Assembly: GCA_028534125.1 (NCBI GenBank)
Contig: CM052829.1
Coordinates: forward strand, 3,472,001 to 3,536,000
Length of the DNA stretch: 64,000 nt
DNA from: Lama glama
Lineage: Eukaryota
Reading direction: 5' to 3'
A program made the translations under genes and the position numbers. Below, one piece after another: positions 26,401 to 38,624 of the stretch; within the stretch, counting starts at the first letter, position 1; every line of letters starts with the position of its first letter. The notes beneath the pieces were generated by a model that saw only the letters and a list, made by a program, of their open reading frames with translations, ran no database searches and was not told the DNA's origin.

Positions 26401-27234
26401 GACTCCAACAGCACTTAAACACTGATGCTGCTCTACGAAGAAGGGCTGAACAAAACTGCAGCTCGTGACTTACAACGAAATGACCCAAAACTCACCTTTC
26501 TTCATTTGAATCTCCCAGGGTCCTGACAAAAGCGGTTCCTGACTTGCATCCTCAGAAAATCCACAGTCCACTCAGCCCAGGCAAACCCAGGCTCTCATTT
26601 TTACCTTGCAGACGTGGCCTCTGTGACTGCCAGACTCAGGGCTGACTCAGGGCCTCTGATATGTACATCAGTCTGGCCTTTCTTGCTTATTTAAAGCTTG
26701 TCCTTTGCGCTACAGCCCACATTCAAACAAGGACTAGAGAGCAAAGAGATCAGCGTCATCTTAGGTGTCCAGGCACCTAATAACAGAGCTTCAAAATACA
26801 TAAAGCAAAAATTGATCAAAAGTGATAGAACTGAAAAAATATATTTTTGTTGTTTTAAAGCTCAGTAACACTCTTTAATTACTTTTTTCTGTTTCTTTTG
26901 TAATAATGATGTAGTTTGGATTTTTTCTTTCCATTTGAACCAATATGGGTGAACTACATTTACACAGGAACACAGGTTCTTAAGCATTTGCACATTGTTG
27001 TATAAAGAAGTCTCATGATATTTAAAATTTTTCTCCATTTGGTTTTTGTCCTTTGTTATTTTTACATTCAGTAGTGGTGCTTCCACACTTCTTATTAGTT
27101 GAGTTAAAGTTTATGTTTTGTTGAGTTAAAAATAAATCACTTTTGGGATTTTGTGTTTTTTGTTTTCTAATGAACTAGTTTTTATTTGTATTTGTTATTT
27201 TATTTCTCTTGTGTTTTTTGTAGATTTCAGGGTT

Positions 27235-27968
27235 AAATTTTGAGAGGTGCTTTTTTTTCACTCCTGACACCAACCAGTTCTCCAATTCTGTGGCTACCAT
27301 CTGGGTGTCTACAAGTCAATTCTGTCTGACAGTAACTACCCAGAGTTAATGTCCAGCTACACAGGTCAAGGGCTCAGGCCACAAGACTGTCCCCACTTCT
27401 AAGGCCAGTGACAAGTATCGGCTCCTGGGTTATCCACACTCTGACCAACTTGGCCATGAAGTTAAGGGTTCCCACAACCCCCTTCCTCAAGCTTGATCAC
27501 TTGCTAGAAAAACTTGCAGAACTGTGGAAAGCATTTTATTTCTGTTCCCTGTTTAGAATAGAGAACGTAACCCAGGACTGGCCACGTGGAAGGGAGGCGC
27601 GGGGCAGGGTAGGGCGGGGGTGCAGAGCCTTCCTCCATCACTTTGATGTGTTCTCCACCCTGGACGTTCCCTACACACAGTCGCTCAGGGTTTCTGTGGA
27701 AGTTTAATTACGTAGGTGCGATGGATTAAATCAACCGCCATCGGTGACTGAGCTCCACCCGCAGCCCCGACCCTTGCCGGAGCCTGGCGGTGCGGCTGCG
27801 GGCTCAGACCCCGCAGTGACGCCTCAGCCTTCGTGGTGGCCGTTCTCCTGACACCGGTCTTCCCATTAACACGTGAAAGACACTCTTCTCACTCCAGAGA
27901 GTCTACTGGTTTTAAGAGCTATGAACAGAAACCACAGATACAGACTACTTAACTTTCATTATACCAGA
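27235..27968 (-). mobile_element. MER21-like ERVL LTR
   Basis: ctgacaccaaccagttctccaattct...ctgggtgtctacaagtcaattc...caagactgtccccacttc...gggttcccacaaccccc...ttcattataccaga. Confidence 0.8.
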
Positions 27969-29412
27969 TGTTTGTTTGTTTTATTTGATTTTATTAACAG
28001 GAATATTTAAAAGTATACACTTTCCTGAGATAGCTGATTTAATTGTATCCTAAACCTTTAGCTATCTTTTAAAAAATCTGCTATTTTTAATAAATTCTGG
28101 ATATTTGTCCATATTTCCCATAAAACAAAAATTGGTTTAAATTATATAATAAATTGTCCAGATAGAAGTGTGCTTTTCGCATTTATTATTTTTAGTTTTA
28201 TTGCCTTGGAGTCAGAATTTTATTTAGTTTATTGTTGAGGTTTTCTTTTTAATGGCCAAAGCTACAGTCTCTGTCACGTCATCACCTGACACGTGAGCAA
28301 GTTTTTCTCTGTATTATTTGGATGCAGAGTACAACATACAGCATAAGAGCTATTGTACTGATTATGTTGTCTAGGATTTAAATCACTTCCATGGTATTTT
28401 TTAATTGTCTTAGACTATGTGTTAAAGACTATGTTTTTGGTTTGTACCTGCAAAAATCAGTATGAATACAAAAAACAAATAACATGATCAAGTAACTGGA
28501 ACTGAACTAGTACAGAAATAGTGATGATATTTTCATGTCTTTTTTAATGACTCTTGCATAACATTTATTCTAAAGCATGACAAACACGACTTAAGAAAAT
28601 AAAATTCCAAACCATTTTCTCTCAAAAATTAACAAATATTAAAATCAAAGTCCATAATATACATCAAAGATAGTTCATCACAACTAAGTAAGATTTGTTC
28701 TAAGTCTTTAAAATTGTATAATATTGATTAATGTTTCTTTTACCACATTAAACATAAAAATAGGAAAAATCATATTCTTAGCTAGATAAATTCAGAGAAA
28801 GTATTTAAAAGATTAAATATGCTTTCTTGATTTAAAAATACTATTTAACCAGGAGTCTGAGTAGTTTATTATTTGAAAAAGAACATGTACTAAAAGATTA
28901 TTAATCTCAAAGGATCAATCATGAAATTTCCCACTCCTGTGATCAGGGAGTCAACACATTCTCATTCTTCTTCTCAATCTGCAATGTACTTACTGAAGTA
29001 CCTGGGCTCTGCTACAAGGCAAAACAAATTTTTTAGTCTGTATGGATTTGAAGATGGAAACAAACCTGTTATTATTTGAAAGTAGAATAATTATTTATCT
29101 AAAACATCCAAAAGAATCTACAAACTCTTTTAAATTAGTATGCAGAATTAACAAGGCTATTAGACACAAGGTCATCTGAAAAATCAGCTGTACTATATAT
29201 ATTAGCAATATACAATTGGAAAATACATATTTCTAAAAGATTCTATTAATATTGCATTAACAGTATCAAATATTGGGACTAAATCTAATGAAAGATGTGT
29301 AATATTTTTCAATCACATGTTCATGTATTAGAAGATTCAATATTGGAAATATGACAATTATCTACAAATTGATACATAAATTTATTTTAATCTCAATCAA
29401 AATTCAAGCATG

Positions 29413-30011
29413 TTTTTAATTGAAGTATGGTTGATTTACAATATTATGTTAGTTTCAAGTGTACAGCATAGTGATTCAGTATTTTTACAATTTATACTCC
29501 ACTTAAGTTATTATAAGATAATGGGTATAATTCCCTGTGCTATGCAATATATCCTTGTTTCTTAACTCTTTTACACATAGTAGTTTGTGTCTCTTAATCC
29601 CATACTCCTAACATGCCCCTCTCCTCTTCCCTCACTGGTAACCACTTGTTTGTTTTCTGTACCTGTGTGTCTGTTTGTTTTGCTATATATATTCGTTCAC
29701 AGTATTTTTCAGATTCCACATATAAGTGGTATCATACAGTATTTTTTCTTTATCTCTGACTTATTTTACTAAGCATAATAATCTGTAGGTCCATCCTTGT
29801 TGCTGCAAATGGCAGAATTTCATTCTTTTTTATGGCTGAGTAGTATTCCATTGTATATATACACCAAATTTTTTTATCCATTTGTCTACTAATGGTCACT
29901 TGGGTTGCTTCCATACCTTGGCTATAGTAAACAGTATTCTATGAATATTGGAGTACATGTATCTTTTAGAATTAGTGTTTTTGTTTTTTCTGGATATATA
30001 CCCAGAAGTGG
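29413..30011 (-). mobile_element. 5'-truncated L1 3' end (~600 bp)
   Basis: tttaattgaagtatggttgatttacaatattatgttagtttcaagtgtacagcatagtgattcag...gcaaatggcagaatttcattcttttttatggctgagtagtattccattg...ggatatatacccagaagtgg. Confidence 0.9.
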
Positions 30012-30639
30012 TATATATCTCAAAATTAAACTATAAATTGATTTTAATCTCAACCAAAGTTCAAGCAAGATTTTTTTTTTTTAGAAATGGACACAGTGAT
30101 ACTCAAATTATTTCGAATATGGAAAAGCAATATATTAGCAAGGATGTTCTTAAAGAATAAATCTGGGAAATATACATTCTAAGAATGAAGACCCATCATA
30201 AAGCACAATGCAGGGGAATGGGGGTTGCTGTGTAACTGTGGTCTCTTATTGGGAATCCTGTCTCAGACAATATACTATTTAATTCAAATTTAAATGTGAT
30301 ATTTAAAATAAAAAAAATGTTTCAGCAGAAAATATAAAAGAACAAACATTATCATGACCTTAGTGTTGGAGCAGATTTCTTAAAGAAATATAAGAAACAC
30401 TAACCATAAAAGAGAAAAAAAACCCTGAGAAATATTTTTAAATTATGAAGAGATTAAGATATTGAAAAGGCAACCATCATATGGGGAAAACTATTTTAAA
30501 TATGTACATGTGACAAGGGCCTCATGAGTAACATATGTAAAGAATTCTTACAAATAAATTAGCATAAGATGAACAATCCAACAGAAAGATGGGCAAGTTG
30601 TTTTCATAACAATATTAACATGTTTCACCTTCACTCTTG

Positions 30640-30945
30640 TTTTCCCATTGGTGTACAGTGTACAATGTTTATTGAAACTACTACTGACTTTGGGTTATTT
30701 ATATATACCACAATTATTTGGAAAGGAAAATAAAATACAGCTTCTTTTTCTAAAACCAGATCCATGTGAGGCCAGATTTTATTTAATATATGTGTTAAGC
30801 CAAGCAATCCATTACAGTACACTGAAGGCAGAAGCAGGCAGATGGAAGAACCCAGCTCTCTTCTTTCAAGACAGAGATTAAAGAAATTCACAAAAATGTC
30901 CAGCAACGCCCCCTCTGCACTAATATTTTCTTTGGGGAAACTATC
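30640..30945. mobile_element. Charlie1-like hAT transposon fragment
   Basis: gaagcaggcagatggaagaacccagctctcttctttcaag...attaaagaaattcacaaaaatgtccagcaacgcc resembles Charlie1. Confidence 0.6.
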
Positions 30946-31439
30946 AGGCATCAGAAGACGCATTATTTTTATTAATAGGCAGTGGACTTATTGTTATTTT
31001 TAACAGGCTAAGTACATTTTTTTTCAGTTTTAAATTTTGATGTGATAAAGTCAAGTGATATTTCTTACATAAACGGAAGTTCTTAGCAGACTCAATACAT
31101 TTCAACAACAATGCTCCAGAGACCAGAACCATTGAGAACTCATGCCATAGAAGCAACAACGGAAGAAATAAAGTGAAAATGCAAACAAGCTATGCACTGC
31201 CTGGGCCTTGTCTCTTCCATGTGTGTGAACAGGGAAGGAACTTCTCTGACTGTTTGCTTGCACAGTGTGTTTTGTTGGTTTATTATGGTGATGAGATGAA
31301 GTAACATATTTGGCCTTGGCACATTTTAAGCCCTCATTTTGTGTCTCTAATAATAATCAATGTTTTGAGATTAGAAAATATTTAAAATGCATTTTGCTTT
31401 ATATACATAAAATATTTTTAAAATAAGAATTATGGAAAT

Positions 31440-31495
31440 ATATATATATAGAAGGAGAGAGAGAGAAGGAAGGAGAGAAAGAGAAGGAGAGAGAC
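31440..31495. repeat. (TA)n followed by GA-rich purine tract
   Basis: tatatatata gaaggagagagagagaaggaaggagagaaagagaaggagagaga. Confidence 0.85.
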
Positions 31496-31679
31496 TAAGC
31501 TTGAGTTTTAATTTGAAAATGACCACGAAGAATATGCTGATTTATTGTATTTTGAATTGATTGCCTTAGTTGAAACATTTTGGTATGCATAGAAGGAAGT
31601 CTCAGGAGGTTTGCTCTGTTGGTAATATGAAAATCCAGTGCAGTTCTTCTTTAACCAAAACTCCAAAATCTGATTCCTG

Positions 31680-31812
31680 TTTTTAAAGAATAAATATCAT
31701 AAAACCTACTTTTCCAAGGGCGGTGAGATGCTTAGAATGAGATGTTAAATGTGTAGCTTTTGGCAGAGGGCTTGGCACATAGCAAGTGCTCAAGAGACGT
31801 TGGCCGTTTTTA
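31680..31812 (+). mobile_element. MIR SINE 3' part
   Basis: aaaacctacttttccaagggcggtgagatg...gcttggcacatagcaagtgctcaagagacgttggccg. Confidence 0.65.
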
Positions 31813-32233
31813 TTTACAGGTCAAGTGGCTCGAGTCAACCTCCACTGTCACATCACTAACATCCACACCATGGTCCGAATGTCACAGTTCTCAGGGAGGG
31901 TAAAAGGGCTCTCACACAAAGTGCTGTATAACAGATAAACTTAAATACCTTGAACAATAAAAGCAGCAATATTGTAACTGAGTCTCATTGTTTTTACCTT
32001 GATTTGAAGAGAAAGTTTCTCTGTTCATTGACATTCTGACTAAATGCAAAAGTACCCTATTCAGGTTCAAGTTGGAAATTAATAAGGCATCTGATTTTCA
32101 TTTTACTTGGTGATGGTCCCTAAAAATCTGAAACTATTAGCTCCCCTTTAAAAAAGGTCTTCCATATTAGAGGGCTATGCTAGGTGATTCTTTACTCTTC
32201 CTAGCTTTCCAGATCAATGATCTTCTGCCCTAC

Positions 32234-32289
32234 GGTTCCTGAAATAAAAATACATTTTTTGGTTTTCTGAAATAAAAATACATTTTTTT
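32234..32289. repeat. Tandem duplication 2 x ~28 bp
   Basis: ctgaaataaaaatacatttttt repeated exactly, each copy preceded by ggtt(c/tt). Confidence 0.9.
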
Positions 32290-33959
32290 CACCTAAACTC
32301 TTTTGCCGTTTTAGCTTTCATAACCTAATCCACTCAGTCAACACTCCCTTTTCAATTATCCATTGGCTGCTAAAATGTCTTTACAATTCTTCATTTAATT
32401 CTGAAGCTTTCATTGACAATATTTTAAAATTAAAATAAAAACATTAAAATGGAGCTGGAATTATCTTTTCTTTGATATACTCTGTGTAATTATTTGAAAC
32501 AGGCTGACTCAATAGCATGTTCAGAGACAGAGTTTGCCCAGTACAGTAAGCATCCTGGAAAAGTGACAGGTCTAAAGCAGAAAAGTATCCAAAGAGGGGA
32601 AAAAGGAAAAAAGAGGGGGGGGGGAGAGAAGGGAGGGAGAAAATGTGGCATGAGAAGGCAATCCCAATGAACAATTCAAACATGTTCTGACTAGATCCTT
32701 TTATGAAATGGACATTGGTTTTGTGTGGGTGTTTATGTTTATTTGGTAAGGAAAGTGATGAGCTTTGAATCATCAGTTTTTATTTTTAATTTGGTGGTTT
32801 ATGCTAATAGAGCACTTACAGGTTATGACAAATTACATTCTTGCTTTAAATTTCACAGTAGATGGTGGGGGGTCTTTGGACAGGAGCTATTTGCACTTGA
32901 GGAAACAGGCAGAAACTTCAGCTAAATTTCCCTGATACATCCACATGTTGAATTGAGCTGGTTCTTTTTTCTCTGAGTATTGTTTCTTTCTGTCTTGTTA
33001 AGATTTCTCCCTGTCTCCATAGGGAGCTAAAAAATAGGAAACAAGCCACTATCCATCCATAACCCTGCCTGGACGTGCAGTAAGATGCCTGTGCTACGTT
33101 GTCGTGGCCGCATTATTTATGTCTGTTCGAATACATCCTCCAGCAATGTTGGCATGACGGCAGAGGCAGGATGAGTGTGAGGGTTCTCCAGTAAGATGCT
33201 GTGTTCGACTGTGATGCTTTCCTGCAAAATCTTGACCCTTACATGAGTTCACTAAAGTTTATGTATATAAATATTTATGGATGTGATAGTTTTAAGGTTT
33301 AATTTACGAATCTTCAATGACACACCTTTTATAAACAGATGTAGATGGATAGCTGAGGCAGTGTTGTGTAGCTGTGCCCATCTGTGTCTTTGTGTGGTAT
33401 GTGTGGTTTTTATTCTACTTTTGTGCTGTCATTACAGTATGTCCTGATTTCTATCATTTTTTATTAATTCCTACCACAACCTGCTTCGTAAAGGGTTTAC
33501 TACTGCTTACGTAAATACGTGTACCCCGTTGTTTATAAAATTTAAATCTGATGGCTGGGGAGAGCAAGAAAGCAGGACTGAGGAGGTGAGGGAGTAAGGA
33601 GACTAAGAAAAAGTCACAGAGAATTTGAGCTTCCAGTACCTGTTCTTCTCTGTTCCTACAACTGTTCTCACTGCTCCCGGCTTCCAAGGTAGAGGGGCCA
33701 GAAGTTTGGTTTCAGATTTTTACAGACTATCGCCAAGTGATGTGACGATCAGATGCCTGAAAATCGGGCCCCTTGGCCGAAAGCCCACGTGTGGTCGGGA
33801 GCAGCCCTGTCCTGCCGAGAAGCGGAGTCCAGCGAGCACGTGGCCTGGGTGTCCGCGCCTCCTCCTGTCCCCAGCGGGCTTGGACGTCTTCCCCACCCAG
33901 AATCAGCTCTTAAAATATTATTGCAGATATCTGCCCCTAAGCACCCCTCCGCTCCTCAA

Positions 33960-34300
33960 GCTTCTGTCAGCCTGCGTGCCCATCAGTGGAAAAAGTGAGA
34001 AAAATAAATAAACAGTAACAATGGCAGCAACGCGGAACGATCAAGCAGCCGGCCAGCCCTTTCCGCTCTGAGCCGGCAGTCAATAATTTTTCTGTCACTC
34101 TTTTTATGTCCAGAAGCTGAGGGAATGTTAGGATTTAGAGCTGATTTTCCATCTGTTGCTGCTTCTGTCTTTGTGCACGACAGCTTCTCTGTAGATGTGC
34201 GAGATCCCCAGCTCTCAGGATGTCAGCGAGGGAGGGAGAGGAATGAAGAGCCAACGGCGGCTCCGCCGTGTCTCCCTCCAGCCTCCCATCTGGGGCACGA
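33960..34300. promoter_or_regulatory. Candidate enhancer (FOX+SOX composite, MEIS sites, retained CpGs)
   Basis: TAAATAAACA 34005-34014 next to AACAATGG 34017-34024; CTGTCA at 33964 and 34092; repeat-free. Confidence 0.35.
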
Positions 34301-35334
34301 GTGAAACACTCTGTGGTGACAAGGGAGGGTATGTCTTTCTACTCAACTTGAACACTTTTATTTAACCACCACCACCAAAAAAATGTGCTTTCATCTTACA
34401 ACCATTAAAAACCTAGGATTACCTGAAATAACCATGGTAACGTGTTCTGAAGTAATTTATCATCGTTTCTATAACCATAGAAAGGATCCTAAAAATGGAA
34501 ATTAACTATAACTTATCTCAGTGTCTTACCATGACAATAATACGATGTGCGTTTTTCACAAAACACGTGTATTGGCCATAGTGGCAATCAGGAAGTTATT
34601 CAAAAATTATTTAAAGCTTTCTAAAAGGCATCAGTTATTTAATCACTAAGGCTATTTCTTATTAATGATTTTCTGGATAAGGTGACACACAAAAATGAAT
34701 TAAAATATAAAATGTAATACCAACCGCACCCACCGAAAAAATTGGAGAAATTTTTGAAGGAAGGAATGCCAGGTCCTTCTGAGAGCTGCTGGTACGAAGA
34801 GCGCTCGGGTGAACCAGCGTGGAGCGGCTGCTTATGTGAAACGACCTAGTTTCAGTTTTCTTCTACTTTGGGAGATACTCGTATTTCTCTTTTCTCTCTA
34901 TATTTATAAATCTGCAGTTGCGCCACATTTATATTGTGTAATGTGTCAAGTCAAAGTGGTCTTAGCGAGCCCCTGGGCCACTTACATGAACTCTGGGTGA
35001 GGGTCGGGTCCACACACCTTCCTGCCCAGCACCCCCATGGACACTGGTGGTCATTCGACCTCTCCGGCTCCACTGAGTCCTGAGTGTGTGCTGGGCCTGT
35101 GAAATCCACTGATTCTACCTGATGTTCAGGCTTAACAGGCGTAATCAGGGGCCGAGTTGTCAATTCCCAGATCACACCATGAACTCACAGATGTCTCCCA
35201 CTTATTTTGACGTTTAGATCTCTGATTATACACATTTAGAGAAATTTTAAACAATGTCTTAGCACAAATAAAGGTCTATAAACTTTGATTCAATATCATT
35301 GAAAAGGAAAATTCACTTAAATCTTTTAGCTAGA

Positions 35335-35582
35335 ATTTTCTAACAACTTTATTGAGACATAATTCACACATCATAACATTCACTCACTGAGTGTAGAATT
35401 TAGTGTTTTTCTAGTGTGTTGGCAGAGTTGTGCAACTGTGACAATATTTTGGTTCTAGCACATTTTTGTACCCTGAAAGTGACCCTCAGTCATTACTAGT
35501 CACTCCCCATGCTCTTTATCCCACCTCCAGGCTAGGCAACAACTGATCTTATTTCTGAGTTTATATATTGCTATCCTAGAGT
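35335..35582 (-). mobile_element. L1MB-type 3' end
   Basis: aacaactttattgagacataattcacacatcataacattcac...cagagttgtgcaact...ctaggcaacaactgatct. Confidence 0.8.
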
Positions 35583-35846
35583 TGAAGCAAATATGGAAAA
35601 AAATATTTGCAGTTGGGAAATCTAGATAAATGGCACATGGAACCATTCTCACGAATTTTCTATAGGTTTTAAATTATTACAACACAATAAAAAAACCCTT
35701 TTCTTCCCTATTCCTTTTCTTCCATTATCTATTTCAAAATGATGCATCTTCAGGGATCTCTTATGCAACAGGAGTTATTTTGTTTACACATTTATACACA
35801 CACACACATAAATATATATAAAATATAAACAGGACATGTCGTTCTT

Positions 35847-36290
35847 TGTAGATATTGTAGATCGAACAGGGCCACAACTTTTTGCAAAACTCCCTTTAAG
35901 AAGCAGGGTCTGTCCCTGCCCATTTGATCTGACCTGGTCCTACGATTTGCTTTTGTGACCAGAATGTGACGGGAGTTAAACTGCGGAAGTTTCAGAGCCT
36001 AGCAGTGAGGAGCCCTCACAGCTTCTGTCTTTCGTCTCTCGGGCGCTCCTGCCGCCACGTGGACACGGCTGGGCGGAGGGAGAAGGGAGCCCCGGGAGCA
36101 GCCGACCCCGCGGTGGGGGGGGTCACAGGACCCTGTCCGCAGCCCAGGCGCCGGCGGACCCGGCCGTGCAAGCGAGGCCAGCGGGGCCAGCAGAGGAGCC
36201 ACGTTCCGAGCCCGCAGGTTCGGGGGCGGCCTTCAGCCCGGCCGTCCGCCCTCGCAGCTGCACGCCGAGCCGCAGCTCGTCTCCTCCTCC
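35847..36290 (+). mobile_element. MLT1G/H-like MaLR LTR, 3' half heavily GC-shifted
   Basis: ggccacaactttttgcaaaactccctttaagaagcagggtct...gatttgcttttgtgaccagaatgtgacgggag...ttcagagcctag...cagcttctgtctttcgtctctcggg. Confidence 0.65.
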
Positions 36291-36420
36291 TCCATGCTCC
36301 TGAGGCACTTTCTGTTTCCAGGCCCCAGTGAACCGCCGGCAACACCCCGCTGACGGCCACTTTCACGCCCTCTCCTCCACGTCTCTGATGAGGAAAGCGC
36401 GGCTTAGACTGGCGCTGGGA
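36030..36420. other. Small orphan CpG island with G-quadruplex motif (36071-36096)
   Basis: Very GC- and CpG-dense ~390 bp in AT-rich flanks; GGGcggaGGGagaaGGGagccccGGG. Confidence 0.75.
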
Positions 36421-38207
36421 CCAAACTTTAGGGAAAAGCAATCTCATTGTTAATAAATACTGATGTATCAAAACAGGTTTGAAAGTCCAGGAGAGGGAGG
36501 GCCAAGAGGGCCGTTGCCCCAAGATCACTGGTTTCTCATATTTTAGTTGCTCCGTGGGGACAAATTATTCCTGTAGATTTAGCCCCCAAATCCCTGACCC
36601 TTAAATACAAAACAGTCCTTGACTCATTGTAAGTTGTCGATAAATACTTGTGGGATGAATCTATAAATGCCCCTACAGTATTGGCTCAATCTTTGGATGG
36701 GTGGGGCCCTCAAAATCTGAAGTCTGATTCTGAGTCTGTGTCTCATTAAAACTCTAGATTTTGAGAACTGGCCTCTTTTGGCTACTTTCCCTATATTTAC
36801 ATTACAATGTGTGTATATATATATATAGAGAGAGAGAGAGAGGGAGTCAAAATTTAAACAGCTTTGCAGATTCAGGAATTTTATAGTATCTTTACCACTT
36901 CTTAGTTCATTTCTTTACCAAAGCATAATGTATCTAACTTGGATATGAGACTACCAACATGCCTAATTACCCAATATTGTGACAAACCTATAAATGCAGA
37001 GACAACATAACACTTACCTTTGGCCTCAACATGGTTGAAAACTTTACCACACACGTAAAGCCAAATGCAGCTAAAGGCTGGAGTCGGTGGTTCACTCTGT
37101 CTATGGATTATCTGGGAAGGTAGCAGACTGAGAGCTGTTACGAAAATAACTGGAGCAGGGGAACTGGTTTCCCAATGGGTCGCTCTTTCCTGTTATCTCA
37201 GTGTCTATGTGCATAGCATTTCCACCTGCCAGCCCACTGCCACCAATCCATGCTGTAAAATGAACTGAATGGTCTGGTGCCTTATTTTATGAACCAATAA
37301 TTTAAATCTTGCATTTTCTTTTTTCTACTAATCAGGCTAAGCTTATACAGTTTTTTTTTTTCCCCAGCTGATTTAGGGTAAAAGACAAACAGAAAATAAA
37401 TCCTTGTTACTGGCTCTTTCTAGTGGCTCTCCTGCTGCCCCACAGCAGTGGGCTGGGTTTACCAGCTGCCACACCGAAGCCTCAGAACACCCATGGGGAT
37501 CAGGAAGCCCTCTGAGTCTGTTACTTTTCAGGATGAATTCCATGCAAAGATAGAGGCAAAGGGAAGCCTTACACTGGATGCATTTAATGCTCTTTATTTC
37601 TTCCTCAGTGATAAACAAGTATGAGAAACAGCTCCTCCTAGAAGTGGAGAAGACAGATAATAAACAAAATTAGGCACCAGGCCAGTAGCCATAGTACCCA
37701 TGTGAAATATGAAGGACTTTTCCTTTCCTGGGTATAATTTGGAAATCAGTATTATAAGACTACGAAGCTAACACAGTCAAAAAAAACTATTAAGTGTGTT
37801 ATATTTCTCCTCTAATTTTCACACTTACCATGGTCCTAGGGAAGTAAGGCACCTTCAGTAAATACTTATTTATTAAATACATGCAGATAATTCAGAAACT
37901 TATTAAAATAATAGGTATTTAAGAGAGCATACTGAGTAACAATGATGGCCCCTCAAATGACTGGCTGATCAAACACATCTGTATCATGCCTTTAACTGAA
38001 CATTTTTGATAATTTCCAAAGTCAAAGCTCAGGTCTTGGGCCCCAAGACTCTCCTGCCTTAGCTGAGCCCACATGATGGTCAGCACTCACCTGAGTTTGC
38101 ATTGCTTGTGAATTGTCTGCCTCACTACTTCAGTGAGTGTTACTTTCATCGATAACCATGTTCAGTGCCCAAACTGAAATATAACACTCCATGGCAGAAT
38201 GGATGGA

Positions 38208-38623
38208 TGTCTTAGACTGCTCAGACTGCCGACACCAAATATCACAGACGGGGTGGCTTAAAAAATGGAAATTTACTTCTCACAGTTGTGGAGGTTGGAA
38301 GTTCAAGATCAAGATTTCAGCTGATTTTGTTTCTGGTGAGGTCTCTCTCCTCAGCTTGCAGAAATCTGCCTTCTTGCTGACTTCTCACATGGCCTGTCCT
38401 CTGTGCACATAAACACAAGGATGGGGAGAAGGGAGAGGGGAAGAGAGTGCTCTCTGGTGTCTCTTCTCATAAGACACTAATCCCTTTGGATCAGAACTCC
38501 ATCCTTATGACCTTGTGTAATTTTAATTATTTCCTTAAAGACGTAATCTCCAAATACAAGCACCTAGAGTTTAGGGCTTCAACATGAGAATTTTGAGGGG
38601 ATACACACATTCAAACTGTAACA
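38208..38623 (-). mobile_element. MLT1A1/MLT1B-like MaLR solo LTR
   Basis: tgtcttag...gggtggcttaaaaaatggaaatttacttctcacagttgtggagg...gggcttcaacatgagaattttgaggggatacacacattcaaactgtaaca. Confidence 0.85.
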
Positions 38624-38624
38624 A

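Larger units (their letters stand above)
26745..30610 (+). mobile_element. Ancient L1M ORF2 fossil with an internally inverted segment (~26850-28440) and nested MER21 and younger L1
   Basis: Plus EN-domain piece gcacctaataacagagcttcaaaatacataaagcaaaaattga; antisense ORF2 at 26850-27230 and 27970-28440; plus ORF2 resumes 28440-29400 and 30020-30610. Confidence 0.65.

Noticed and set aside
35966-36528. Overlapping Arg/Ala/Pro-rich ORFs on both strands suggesting a first coding exon
   Set aside because: Open frames on both strands are expected in very GC-rich DNA. The sequence derives from an MLT1 LTR and has no recognisable domain or supported splice structure.
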